In this document: one piece after another, positions 54,419 through 64,000 of the stretch
How the letters are laid out: the number at the start of each line of letters is the position of its first letter
How positions within the stretch are numbered: the first letter of the stretch is position 1
Source of the DNA: Bacteroidales bacterium
GTDB taxonomy: Bacteria > Bacteroidota > Bacteroidia > Bacteroidales > UBA10428
Direction: 5' to 3'
Length of the DNA: 64,000 bases
Assembly (NCBI GenBank): GCA_050295515.1
Contig: JBNKPU010000043.1
Coordinates: forward strand, 2,398 to 66,397
Notes under the pieces: model-generated
The model's input: only the letters and a program-made list of their open reading frames with translations
Databases searched by the model: none
What the model was told of the DNA's origin: nothing
Made by a program: the position numbers and the translations under genes

Positions 54419-57181
54419 ATGGATTCAGAAAAGAAACTTTTTTTACTGGACGCTTATGCACTTATTTTTAGGGCCTACTATGCTTTTATCAATCGTCCTA
54501 TAACAAATAAAGAAGGGATGAACACTTCGGCAATTTTCGGTTTTGTGAATACGCTTGAAGAAATTCTTCGAAACGAGAAGCCAACCCATATAGCCGTATG
54601 TTTTGATCCATCTGCTCCAACATTCAGGCACGAAATGTATAAAGAGTATAAAGCAAATAGGGAAAGTACACCTGAAGACATTAAAAATTCTGTTCCATAC
54701 ATTAAGGAAATCATTGAAGCCTATAATATTCCTATCATTGAAAAGTTGGGCTATGAGGCTGATGATGTTATAGGAACCCTGGCTAAAATGGCTCAAAAAG
54801 AAGGTTTTGTGGTCTATATGATGACTCCAGATAAGGATTATATGCAGCTTGTAGATGAAAACATTTTTATGTATAAGCCTGGAAGAGGTGGTGGAGAAAA
54901 GGAAGTCCTTGGTATAGAGGAGGTTAACGAGAAGTTTGGAATTAAAACACCCTTGCAGGTAATCGATATTTTGGCGTTATGGGGCGATTCTGCTGATAAT
55001 GTACCTGGAGCACCGGGGATTGGAGAAAAAACATCTAAGGCATTGATCGAAAAATTTGGCAGTGTTGATAACCTACTCAATTCAACAGATCAATTAAAGG
55101 GCAAACAAAAAGAAAACCTGATAAACTTCCGGGAGCAGATAGAGCTATCCAAGAAACTGGTGACAATTGTTACTGATGTTCCTGTAGGAGATATTGATTT
55201 TGAAACACTTAAGGTAGAAGAACCACAAAAGAATAAGCTTGCCAGCCTGTTTGAAACACTTGATTTTCGTAACCTAAAGAAACGAATAGTAGGCGAAACC
55301 CAGCCTCACCAACCTGTACAAGGGAATCTTTTTGCGCAGGAAGAGCCTCAAAAGCAGCAACCACCAGTACAGGAAAATTCTTTTAACAAAGAAGATGTAA
55401 ACTATACTCTAATTAGTGATATTAATGCTTTAGATAAAATAATTGAAGAGTCTAAAAACAAGAAATTTATAGCTTTTGATACAGAAACAACCGGTTTGAA
55501 TGTATTCACGGATGACCTTGTTGGAATTGCGTTGGCAATAGAGGAAAAGACTGCTTATTACCTCCAAATTAAGGACAACAATGAAGCAGAACTGGCAGTT
55601 AATAAATTGAATGAATCTTTCAACGACCCTCAAATAACAATTATTGGCCATAACTTGAAATTTGATATGGCAATATTGTCGAAATATGGGGCAAAGTTCA
55701 TTGGTCCTTTCTTTGATACCATGGTAGCGCATTATTTAGTTAAACCAGATGGACGCCATAAGTTGGATGATGTGGTTCACGAGTATTTTGGTTATCAGAT
55801 GATCCCAATTGAGGAGTTAATCGGCAAAAAAGGTCCAAACCAATTGACCATGAAAGATATCAACATCGAGAAGGTAACTAATTATGCAGCAGAGGATGTT
55901 GATTTTACACTACGTCTATATCATATTTTGAAAAAGGAACTAGATGTACACTCCTTATCAAAGCTGTCTCAAACTATCGAGATGCCCTTACTAGAAGTGT
56001 TGTTCCACATGGAACAAGCCGGTTTTAAGCTTGATGTAGATGCGTTAAATGCTTATAATCAGAAACTTATAGATGAAATTAGTAAAATTGAAGCAAAAGT
56101 ATATGAGCTTGCTGGTGAAAAATTTAATTTAGCATCGCCAAAACAATTAGGCGTTATACTATTTGAGAAACTTGCTATTACTGACAAGATAAAGAAAACA
56201 AAGACAAAACAGTACAGTACAAGTGAGGATGTACTTCAAAAACTAGCTGATAAACATCCAATTATCAATGAGATACTGGAATTCAGATCACTATCAAAAC
56301 TACAGTCAACCTATGTATCGGCTTTACCTAAATTAATTGAAGAGAAAACAGGCAAGGTCCATTCTTCTTTTAACCAGACTATCGCTGCTACTGGCAGGCT
56401 CAGTTCGGTGAACCCCAACCTGCAAAATATTCCTATTCGCGAAGTGAGGGGCAGAGAAATTCGTAAGTCGTTTATTCCAACCGACAACGATCATATATTA
56501 CTTGCTGCTGACTATTCACAGATCGAACTTAGGTTAATGGCACATCTAAGTGAGGATCATAACATGATTGATGCTTTTATACATGGAGCTGATATTCATA
56601 AGTCTACAGCTGCAAAGGTATTCAAAGTAGATGAAGAAGATGTTTCACGTGAAATGCGGTCACAGGCTAAAACAGCAAACTTTGGTATTATTTACGGAAT
56701 ATCGGCTTTTGGTTTGGCCGAAAGGCTCAAAATTTCAAGATCAGACGCTAAAGAATTGATAGGCAATTACTTCAAGACTTTTCCAATGGTTAAATCATAC
56801 ATGGATCAATGTGTAGAAAATGCTAAAAAGAATGGTTTTGTTGAAACAATGTATGGACGTAGACGTTATTTACCTGATATTCATTCCGCTAACTCAATGG
56901 TGCGCGGTTTTGCAGAGCGAAATGCTATAAATTCACCTATCCAGGGTTCTGCAGCAGATATCATCAAAATTGCTATGATTGATATTCATAAGGCACTCCA
57001 AAACAACTATAAAACACAAATGATTTTGCAGGTGCATGATGAATTGGTTTTTGATGTATATAAACCCGAACTTGAGGAAATTCAAAAACTGGTAATTGAT
57101 AAAATGCAAACTGCTGCACAGCTAAAAGTTCCGCTTACTGTTGATTATGGTACTGGTCAAAGCTGGCTGGAGGCACATTAA
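54419..57181 (+). CDS. polA: DNA polymerase I
   Basis: 5'-nuclease, 3'-5' exonuclease (FDTETTGL) and family-A polymerase motifs (DYSQIELR, QVHDELVF). Confidence 0.98.
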   Translation: MDSEKKLFLLDAYALIFRAYYAFINRPITNKEGMNTSAIFGFVNTLEEILRNEKPTHIAVCFDPSAPTFRHEMYKEYKANRESTPEDIKNSVPYIKEIIEAYNIPIIEKLGYEADDVIGTLAKMAQKEGFVVYMMTPDKDYMQLVDENIFMYKPGRGGGEKEVLGIEEVNEKFGIKTPLQVIDILALWGDSADNVPGAPGIGEKTSKALIEKFGSVDNLLNSTDQLKGKQKENLINFREQIELSKKLVTIVTDVPVGDIDFETLKVEEPQKNKLASLFETLDFRNLKKRIVGETQPHQPVQGNLFAQEEPQKQQPPVQENSFNKEDVNYTLISDINALDKIIEESKNKKFIAFDTETTGLNVFTDDLVGIALAIEEKTAYYLQIKDNNEAELAVNKLNESFNDPQITIIGHNLKFDMAILSKYGAKFIGPFFDTMVAHYLVKPDGRHKLDDVVHEYFGYQMIPIEELIGKKGPNQLTMKDINIEKVTNYAAEDVDFTLRLYHILKKELDVHSLSKLSQTIEMPLLEVLFHMEQAGFKLDVDALNAYNQKLIDEISKIEAKVYELAGEKFNLASPKQLGVILFEKLAITDKIKKTKTKQYSTSEDVLQKLADKHPIINEILEFRSLSKLQSTYVSALPKLIEEKTGKVHSSFNQTIAATGRLSSVNPNLQNIPIREVRGREIRKSFIPTDNDHILLAADYSQIELRLMAHLSEDHNMIDAFIHGADIHKSTAAKVFKVDEEDVSREMRSQAKTANFGIIYGISAFGLAERLKISRSDAKELIGNYFKTFPMVKSYMDQCVENAKKNGFVETMYGRRRYLPDIHSANSMVRGFAERNAINSPIQGSAADIIKIAMIDIHKALQNNYKTQMILQVHDELVFDVYKPELEEIQKLVIDKMQTAAQLKVPLTVDYGTGQSWLEAH

Positions 57182-60114
57182 AAGATGTAGCTAGTACTTA
57201 AATAGAAACCAGGAACAGTCTTATTTTCTTTGGGTAGATAACTCAAACTAAAAACAGGAGTTACAGGCCAGAAAAATCTAAAAAAATGTGTTTCTACACC
57301 TAAGTCAAAACCTAAGGAGTATTTTTTGAATATTTGTTTCTGGGCATTGATTAAAAATTCCGAGCCTTTGAATCTCATATAGTCAAATTTTCCTGAAAAA
57401 TGCACCCGTTTAAAATATGCCAGTGGGCCTATTGATAAGTCTGGATAAAACAGGGGCAAAGTGTATTCCACCGATAGTTTTTGCGAGGAATGTATCCAGG
57501 GAACATCAATATCTTTTGCTGTATACCCTTTAGGAAGTGACAATCTTTCGCGTAATCCGTTTTCGCTTGCCAAAACAAATTTTAGAGAATGGTGTCGCCA
57601 AATCCCTGGAGTGTATATATTAGCAATGGCAATATTACTTTCAAATATTTCTTTATATGGAATAGTTTTTCTCGCATTAAGCATTGATAAGTAGAGACTT
57701 ATGCCCCATTTTGGATGAATATCCCTCGTACTTTTTCTAGAAGCCAGGTAGAAACTGGAATAAATATTACTTGTTAGTACATTATTATAATAATAAACAC
57801 CAGTTAATGAATCAATTAACGGATAATCCTCATGGTTATGGTTTGAGACAGCAGTTAAATTGTGGAAACTGAAATTATAACCTGTACGTATGGTCAATAT
57901 CTTTCTTGATGTTGAGAAGTTGAACGGAATATGCACATCCAATGCCAGTCTCATATTCGTGTTGTTGATCGGATGATTGTTGATTGTAGTATCAAAGTAT
58001 TGTATATACTGTTGTTTGCCCCCCCAATCCATGTCAAAAGTGATAACAGGTAGAGTACCTACATATTTTATTATTGGCCTGAAATGATTGTATCCATCTT
58101 TGTAATAGTAACCGAGGCTTGAGGTAAATGTACTGAGTAGATTTTGCGAGAAAATACTGAATCCAAGGTTTGTATTGTCCACTAATTCTCCCGGACTGTT
58201 AATGCTCTCCAGGTTCAAAACATCTATATATACTGGTACTAACCAACTGTGCAGGTTTACTGCATGTTTAATTCGTGAGTATTTCCCGATAGTGTATTTC
58301 GTTGGTTTAAATACCGAATCCTGTGCATTAAAATTAATGATCCGCGAAAATGTATCTGCAAACTCATGCCTGTAAGGTATAATTTCTTCCAGTTTCGTCG
58401 AATTGCTTGATGCAGAACCAATGGACTTTAGCTTATATCCTGTATAGTCATAATCAGAATAAAATAATTGTCTTTCATTGTTTAAGGTCCCATAATCGGC
58501 TGCTATTTCAGAATTGGTCAAACGAACAACGCTGCCATTGTTTAGGTCTAAGCGATAGATATTTTTTGAACCATCTATTGTATGAGTAAACAAGATTTCA
58601 GAATTATACGCATTTAAACTTGAAATATTATAGTTGGTGGGACCGTACAACTTTTTCCATTCACCGTTTTTGATATTCAATTGATAAATACTTTTACCAG
58701 ATTTCTCCAAAACAACCAGCGCAATGTTTTCATTATCAATCCATGAGTTGCAACTTAATTGAAGCGAATCCGGATGCATAAAACTATTTTGCATGGTTCT
58801 GGATTCAATTTCAAAAATTTCAATGCTGGACAAATAGTCTGGTGAGTTATTGATTACGGCAATTTGTTTTTCATCTTTACTGATCGATGGGCTGAAATGT
58901 CTTGATTTTCGCTGCAGTAAGAAGCTATTCTTGGTTTTGCGGTCGTATATTCTGATGTTTGAATAGTTTACTTGCTGCCACCGCACATTATAGCTCAGAT
59001 CTTCCCATGCAATATATCTGTCTGAATATCCCACTTGTATACCATTAAAGTACCCTATGTTGATCAGGACTTCTTCTTTGCCATTTTTAATTTTCACAAA
59101 TTTGGCATTATCATCTATTGAGGTTCTTAATGATATTAAGCTATCGTTTGAATCAATATATGCAAATCTGTAACTGCAAAAGTCTGAACGATATTGAGTG
59201 GGAACCTGATTGGAAATAGTGCTGGTCGATCTTTCCGGTTTTTCTTCTATCCATAACTTTTTCAGATAAGTACATGTACTATCATAGATATTTACTTTAG
59301 ATAATCCAGTCGACTTTTTGAGCCCAAAGTAAAATGGTGCCAGGGTAAATGGTTTTTTGGCAACATTCTTAAGTGTTGAATTAAATGCCTTGTTTCCGTA
59401 GTTTAAGTTTGTCCATGAAACCATCTGATAACCATAACTGTAATGATCAGGAACATATCCCTTGTAAGTTCCAAGATAAGCCTGATCGTATGTATATCTT
59501 TTTGATCTCTGCAATTCAATGGCTTTAATCCCTTTCATAAAATTCGGTTCTCTTCCTCGTCCAGTAGAGCTTACGGATGTTTCAAACAGTACGGCATCTC
59601 CTTCAATAAACCATAAAGGCACAAAAGCTACTGGCACTCCATTGCCTATATCACCGGTTAGCCAGCTCAAACTTTTAGTAAATCCCTGTTTAAGAGTATG
59701 CAGCTGAACTACATGCTTATATTCATGTAAAGCTAGTTGTTCTAACCAGTCATGGGGGTATATGTCTTGTGGGGGTGTTGATATCAGCTCCATTCTTCTT
59801 GGAGCAAGCGTAACATAGGCATTTGACAAAACATTCTGGTTATACATGATTATTTGTATGGGCTTTGGTCTGGAAGAATCGTACCATTCACCATTTTTTA
59901 GCATGGTGCTTGCCAGGTAATTCGAAAATCGAATACCCGAGGATTGATTTTCTGCCGGAAAAACCAAACTAAAATTTTCGGTTTTTAATATTTTCCATTT
60001 AACTTTAAGTGAAGCAGACCCAGTATTATAGAACTGGCTAACTCCAACATGGGTGTCTACTGTGTAAATCAGGATTAACAGTACTACTTTAAAGCTTATT
60101 TTTTTAACCAGCAT
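57178..60114 (-). CDS. Large envelope protein: Peptidase_MA-like HExxH domain, TolB/PD40-like beta-propeller and a C-terminal putative beta-barrel
   Basis: Signal peptide, then HEYKH ... WFIEGDA (MA-clan-like). PD40-like repeats (IYQLNIKNGEWKKL, IYRLDLNNGSVVRLT). The last approx. 350 aa are strand-rich and end in ...STSYIF. Confidence 0.7.
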   Translation of the reverse strand: MLVKKISFKVVLLILIYTVDTHVGVSQFYNTGSASLKVKWKILKTENFSLVFPAENQSSGIRFSNYLASTMLKNGEWYDSSRPKPIQIIMYNQNVLSNAYVTLAPRRMELISTPPQDIYPHDWLEQLALHEYKHVVQLHTLKQGFTKSLSWLTGDIGNGVPVAFVPLWFIEGDAVLFETSVSSTGRGREPNFMKGIKAIELQRSKRYTYDQAYLGTYKGYVPDHYSYGYQMVSWTNLNYGNKAFNSTLKNVAKKPFTLAPFYFGLKKSTGLSKVNIYDSTCTYLKKLWIEEKPERSTSTISNQVPTQYRSDFCSYRFAYIDSNDSLISLRTSIDDNAKFVKIKNGKEEVLINIGYFNGIQVGYSDRYIAWEDLSYNVRWQQVNYSNIRIYDRKTKNSFLLQRKSRHFSPSISKDEKQIAVINNSPDYLSSIEIFEIESRTMQNSFMHPDSLQLSCNSWIDNENIALVVLEKSGKSIYQLNIKNGEWKKLYGPTNYNISSLNAYNSEILFTHTIDGSKNIYRLDLNNGSVVRLTNSEIAADYGTLNNERQLFYSDYDYTGYKLKSIGSASSNSTKLEEIIPYRHEFADTFSRIINFNAQDSVFKPTKYTIGKYSRIKHAVNLHSWLVPVYIDVLNLESINSPGELVDNTNLGFSIFSQNLLSTFTSSLGYYYKDGYNHFRPIIKYVGTLPVITFDMDWGGKQQYIQYFDTTINNHPINNTNMRLALDVHIPFNFSTSRKILTIRTGYNFSFHNLTAVSNHNHEDYPLIDSLTGVYYYNNVLTSNIYSSFYLASRKSTRDIHPKWGISLYLSMLNARKTIPYKEIFESNIAIANIYTPGIWRHHSLKFVLASENGLRERLSLPKGYTAKDIDVPWIHSSQKLSVEYTLPLFYPDLSIGPLAYFKRVHFSGKFDYMRFKGSEFLINAQKQIFKKYSLGFDLGVETHFFRFFWPVTPVFSLSYLPKENKTVPGFYLSTSYIF

Positions 60115-60274
60115 TTTTGAAACAAAATTGTAATATTTAAGTAGAATAATCTAAAATGCTTTAAAATTGGAATAAAGAATTATAAAAAACTAGTTATCAA
60201 CAAAAATTAAAGTGCTGAAATAGACTTATGTTGATTATAGTTTTATCTTCGTATTGTTCAGTAATCATGTATAG

Positions 60275-61180
60275 ATGAAAAAAAACATTACCATTTTAAT
60301 AGTTGCATTTGTAATATTGTTGGTAGTTAATCTATTTTTTTATAAAGGTTTTTATAATCTTCAACTTGGTCACCAGAAAGATATTTTACAACAACAAACA
60401 AAAGTTTGCACCAGCGAAATAGAAAGGGTTGTACAGCGTTTTAACAGCGATCTCAATTATATTTTGTTTAGTGACGATATTGCTGATTTATTCAATTCAG
60501 AAGATTCTGATGGATTGAGGAAGCTCCAGTTTTTTTATTCCACTTATAATAGCCTGATCAAAAACATTGATATTTACGATAATAATAAGCATGTACTCAA
60601 TGTTTTCCGTGATCAAAAGAAAAATTTTATTACAGATAATTACATTGCCCAACGACAAAGGCCATTGGCTTCTCAAGAAGAAGTATTAATGCATAATACT
60701 GAATACCAATATCTTGTTCCAGTTTTTAAAAATAACGATGTTTTTGCCAACATCTTGGTTACCATAGATATATCGGCATATATTTTATCGGAACTCAGAA
60801 AATTTCATCTTGAAGGATATACTTGGCAATGGGTTATTGACCGTGATAATGGACAGATTTATAGTGCCGAGGATTTTAACATTAAAGACTTTGAAGGCAA
60901 AGAGGAAATTAATGAAAAACTTGACAAAGAATTGGGAGACATTTTGATTCACAATGTTTCAGGCGATTCGGTAAATTATAATTTTTTGACAGTATACTCT
61001 CCATTGATTGCCTTCAATAAGGAATTTGGGATTGCAATGAGTGTTGACTTTTCTAAATGCATGAATCAAATTCGTTCAAATGTTTTTGGTATTGCAGGAA
61101 TTAGCATGGCTATATTTTTGATTATTGGCCTTACGTTGATCATGCAGATCAATACCTTAAAAAAAAAAATAAAAGCATAG
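60275..61180 (+). CDS. Two-TM periplasmic sensor-domain protein (Cache-like), probably the detached N-terminus of the downstream kinase
   Basis: TM1 (ILIVAFVILLVVNLFFY), an approx. 250-aa extracytoplasmic domain and TM2 (IAGISMAIFLIIGLTLIM). The ORF ends inside or just after an A11 tract. Confidence 0.65.
   Translation: MKKNITILIVAFVILLVVNLFFYKGFYNLQLGHQKDILQQQTKVCTSEIERVVQRFNSDLNYILFSDDIADLFNSEDSDGLRKLQFFYSTYNSLIKNIDIYDNNKHVLNVFRDQKKNFITDNYIAQRQRPLASQEEVLMHNTEYQYLVPVFKNNDVFANILVTIDISAYILSELRKFHLEGYTWQWVIDRDNGQIYSAEDFNIKDFEGKEEINEKLDKELGDILIHNVSGDSVNYNFLTVYSPLIAFNKEFGIAMSVDFSKCMNQIRSNVFGIAGISMAIFLIIGLTLIMQINTLKKKIKA
61159..61169 (+). repeat. A11 homopolymer at the junction of the sensor ORF and the kinase ORF
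   Basis: Counted directly: tta aaa aaa aaa ata aaa gca tag. Confidence 0.95.
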
Positions 61181-61194
61181 ATTTTGAATTTTTC

Positions 61195-63084
61195 TTGTTC
61201 AAGGGTACTCTACAAAACTTACCCTTAGGCCTTATTATTTACGATTACCAGAAAAAAGTCCATTTCATAAACAAGACGGCTTGCGAAATTCTTTCTATTG
61301 AGTCGAATGAAAATATTAGTGCAGCTCTGGTCAACAGAAAATTCAGCACTCAAAAACGACCTGAATCAAAGCCTAATGCTTTTTACGATACAGACCTCTA
61401 TCACAGGGTTTTTAAAACTGGAGGTGAGGAGATCGTCTTATACCGAAAAGAACTGCCCATTAGTATTCAGGAAAAAGAATATGTCATCAGCGCCTTTATT
61501 GATATTACACCGATTGAAAACGAAAGAAAATTCGAGGCAGCTTCAAATACTGCTAAGTCTGACTTTTTAGCCAAAATGAGCCATGAAATACGAACCCCAA
61601 TGAATGGCATTTTTGGGATGGCAGAAGCCTTGGAAAGAGAAAAATTATCAGACAGCCAAAAAGAATATATTCAGATAATGCGCAAGTCGGCTGATCTTTT
61701 GCTCAACATAATCAATGATATACTCGATTATTCGAAAATTGAAGCTGGGAAAATGCAGATAGAAGATGTTCCCTATAGGTTGAGGGAAGAAGTTGCTATG
61801 TCAGTTGATGTTTTTCGGGTTGTTGCTGAAGAAAAAGAGCTACTTATCGAAATTAAAGTAAGCGATGATGTGCCTGATAAAATAATTGGCGATCCGTTCA
61901 GGCTTCGTCAAGTATTATCTAATCTAATCAGCAATTCTATTAAGTTTACCGATCAGGGTAAAATTTTGGTGTCTGTAGATCTTGAAGAAGAGTATTCGGG
62001 GAATCTCACCCTGCTTTTTGCAGTTGCTGATACTGGTGTAGGAATTCCAAAAGATCGTTTAGCCTCTATTTTTGATAGTTTTACTCAAGCAGAAAAAAGT
62101 ACCTCTAGAAAATATGGAGGAACAGGTCTGGGCACAACCATTTGTAAGCAACTGGTTACTCTTATGAATGGTGAAATATGGGCCGAAAGTCCTTCTGACC
62201 TCTCTGTCAATGAGAAATACCCGGGAAGTAGATTTAATTTCACTATCGAGGTTTTTTCAAATGAAGAGTTAGTTAAAGACCTCGATTTTAGTACTATAAA
62301 ATCTTTTAGTGAATCCAAAGCTTTAATTATTTCCAGTAAGGCGAAAGCTAATAAACGCTTATTTACATTTTTAAATCAACTTAAAATTAATACAGAAAAT
62401 ATCCAGGTTGATGGCAATAATTTTATTGATCTTGAGTCGACATTATATTTACAGGATGTTAATTATGAAACTGTCTTTATTTTGGACGAGCAGGGATTGG
62501 ATGGGCTAAAACTTGCTGAAAAACTAAATACTGATGGGCTGACACAAAAAGCCAGGTATTTCTTAATTAGTGCTGACCATAACCCCGAGAATTATATTAA
62601 AACCCGACTGATGGGGATCGATTATTATCTACACGAACCCTTTGAGCAAAAAGTTCTCGTAACATACTTAGAAGAGATATTTCCTGCTATAAAATCTGAG
62701 GATGTAGGTTTAATGGAATTAAGTAAAAACCTTGAAATACTTGTTGCCGAAGACAATTTAATCAATCAAAAAGTTGCTCAAAGTATATTTAAGCACCTGG
62801 GCCAGCATATTGATATTGCTAACGATGGAAATGAAGCAATCGAACGGGTAAACTCAAAATCCTATGACATTATTTTTATGGATCTCGATATGCCCAACAA
62901 AAATGGTTTTGAAGCTGCTGAAGAGCTGCGTAAAAAGGGTTACCAAATTCCCATTATTGCTATGACCGCATCGGTTAGTGAGTCAAACAAAAACCAAGCC
63001 CTTAAGGTTGGTATGAATGACTACATCATAAAACCGGTAAAAAATGAAACCATCCAGGCGATTTTGGAGAAATGGTTTGCTTAG
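61195..63084 (+). CDS. Hybrid histidine kinase (PAS, HisKA, HATPase, degenerate REC, REC) lacking TM segments
   Basis: H-box MSHEIRTPMNG, N and G boxes, and a C-terminal REC (ILVAEDNLINQ...DLDMPNKNG...KP). The track start is a TTG, and the frame is open upstream back to 61105. Confidence 0.85.
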   Translation: MFKGTLQNLPLGLIIYDYQKKVHFINKTACEILSIESNENISAALVNRKFSTQKRPESKPNAFYDTDLYHRVFKTGGEEIVLYRKELPISIQEKEYVISAFIDITPIENERKFEAASNTAKSDFLAKMSHEIRTPMNGIFGMAEALEREKLSDSQKEYIQIMRKSADLLLNIINDILDYSKIEAGKMQIEDVPYRLREEVAMSVDVFRVVAEEKELLIEIKVSDDVPDKIIGDPFRLRQVLSNLISNSIKFTDQGKILVSVDLEEEYSGNLTLLFAVADTGVGIPKDRLASIFDSFTQAEKSTSRKYGGTGLGTTICKQLVTLMNGEIWAESPSDLSVNEKYPGSRFNFTIEVFSNEELVKDLDFSTIKSFSESKALIISSKAKANKRLFTFLNQLKINTENIQVDGNNFIDLESTLYLQDVNYETVFILDEQGLDGLKLAEKLNTDGLTQKARYFLISADHNPENYIKTRLMGIDYYLHEPFEQKVLVTYLEEIFPAIKSEDVGLMELSKNLEILVAEDNLINQKVAQSIFKHLGQHIDIANDGNEAIERVNSKSYDIIFMDLDMPNKNGFEAAEELRKKGYQIPIIAMTASVSESNKNQALKVGMNDYIIKPVKNETIQAILEKWFA

Positions 63085-63131
63085 TGGAATAAATTCACCA
63101 AATTTACAGCCAATACTCATTCATCGTTATT

Positions 63132-63998
63132 ATGTCTGGAAAAGAAGAAACCAATACTGGATTTAATATTCAATCCATCGTTGAAATGGTAATAAAGGTA
63201 GGGGTTCTTCTGCTTATGCTGTTTTTATGTCTTCAAATTATTAAACCGTTTATTTTCATTTTCATTTGGGGTGTAATTATTGCCATAGCTGTATATCCAA
63301 TATATCAGTCATTTAAAGAAAAATTGAAAGGCCGTAACAAGCTGGCTGCAGTATTGGTTTCCGCTCTTCTATTATTGTCTATTTTAATACCGGCATTTTT
63401 TTTGGCCGAGTCTTTAATTGATGGCATTAAGCAATTTGCGGAAGAAATACAAAGCCGAAATTTTTCATTAACAGAGCCACCAAAAGAGATTCTGGCATGG
63501 CCACTGATCGGGGAGTCTTTTTACAATTTTTGGTTATCGGCAACAGAAAACCTTGCGGCATTATTGCAAAAATATGATGAACAGTTGGTACATATTGGTC
63601 AGAAATTAATTAATGCTTTGCTTGGTACAGGTATGGGCTTTTTGCAAATACTTCTGTCTATTATTATTGGAGGTGTATTGCTTGCCAGTTCATCGCATGG
63701 AATTAAATTGGCACAAAAATTTTACGACAAGCTGATAGGCGAGCGGTCTAACGAGTTTTTGTTGGCCACAGAAATTACAATCAGAAATGTAGCAAAAGGT
63801 GTTTTGGGTGTTTCTATTTTTCAATCGTTTATTCTTGGAATAATTTTTGCCATCGCAGGAGTACCCTATGCTGGTTTGTGGGCGCTTTTAAGTCTTTTTT
63901 TTGGTGTAATACAAATTGGGCCAATGGTTGTTACAGTTCCAGTAATCATCTACTTATTTATTTTTGACCCATTATGGGTAGCAATTATTTGGGGTATT
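63132..63998 (+). CDS. AI-2E-family (PerM-like) transporter, partial (runs off the window end)
   Basis: ATG 63132 opens a frame that stays open to the window edge. The product is polytopic, with features typical of the family (IIKPFIFIFIWGVIIAIAVYP..., GLWALLSLFFGVIQIGP). Confidence 0.8.
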   Translation, partial: MSGKEETNTGFNIQSIVEMVIKVGVLLLMLFLCLQIIKPFIFIFIWGVIIAIAVYPIYQSFKEKLKGRNKLAAVLVSALLLLSILIPAFFLAESLIDGIKQFAEEIQSRNFSLTEPPKEILAWPLIGESFYNFWLSATENLAALLQKYDEQLVHIGQKLINALLGTGMGFLQILLSIIIGGVLLASSSHGIKLAQKFYDKLIGERSNEFLLATEITIRNVAKGVLGVSIFQSFILGIIFAIAGVPYAGLWALLSLFFGVIQIGPMVVTVPVIIYLFIFDPLWVAIIWGI

Positions 63999-64000
63999 TT

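Noticed and set aside
57178-57181. Overlapping convergent stop codons (polA with the 978-aa gene, the 20542-20545 pair and the 34287-34294 pair) as possible regulatory features.
   Set aside because: Short 3' overlaps of convergent genes are common in compact genomes. Nothing in the sequence suggests a special function.
1-64000. Search for CRISPR arrays, tRNA/rRNA genes, integrases, transposases, reverse transcriptases and known defence genes.
   Set aside because: I saw no regularly spaced direct repeats, no tRNA-like T-arm (GGTTCGAAT-type) contexts in the intergenic regions I read, and no proteins with these family motifs. An absence judged by eye is not proof. A tRNAscan/Infernal and defence-finder run would settle it.

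Overview
About 64 kb of low-GC chromosomal DNA, with domain calls made from motifs I recognise by eye and no database search. The gene content points to Bacteroidota, probably an anaerobic or facultative Bacteroidia-like organism (inference). Supporting signals are a T9SS C-terminal sorting domain, a CarboxypepD_reg-type TonB-dependent receptor, HisKA-REC-AraC hybrid regulators, TAnnTTTG -7 boxes and near-absent Shine-Dalgarno sites. The right part (about 36-57 kb) is ordinary housekeeping: rpiB, nadA, ruvB, pheS, cyclophilin, dut, ybeY, mnmG, uvrC, a polyprenyl synthase and polA. The left part (0-36 kb) is envelope, redox and regulatory content:
- a secreted HMA protein with a TonB receptor;
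- a YceI / c-type heme / EB_dh-like / beta-barrel cluster lying divergent from an FNR-type regulator with a perfect FNR box;
- three NifX-like (Nitro_FeMo-Co) paralogues, including a DUF134-NifX-DUF5320-NifX operon;
- a membrane flavodoxin-ferredoxin fusion and sensor kinases.

I found no rRNA, tRNA, CRISPR array, transposase, integrase or recognisable defence genes. The most interesting observations are:
1. The FNR-like regulator, its FNR box and the adjacent extracytoplasmic heme/YceI cluster.
2. A roughly 170-bp repeat with terminal inverted repeats, present twice in inverted orientation, each copy 5' of an unrelated gene.
3. An A11 tract where a one-base shift would fuse a Cache-like membrane sensor ORF to a transmembrane-less hybrid histidine kinase.
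4. An in-frame TAG separating a signal anchor from an alpha/beta hydrolase.
5. A ComF zinc-finger region that is open in frame but has no canonical start codon.
6. Strong palindromic operators in front of the NifX-like genes.

None of these is proven to be a new system, and each entry states what was seen versus inferred.
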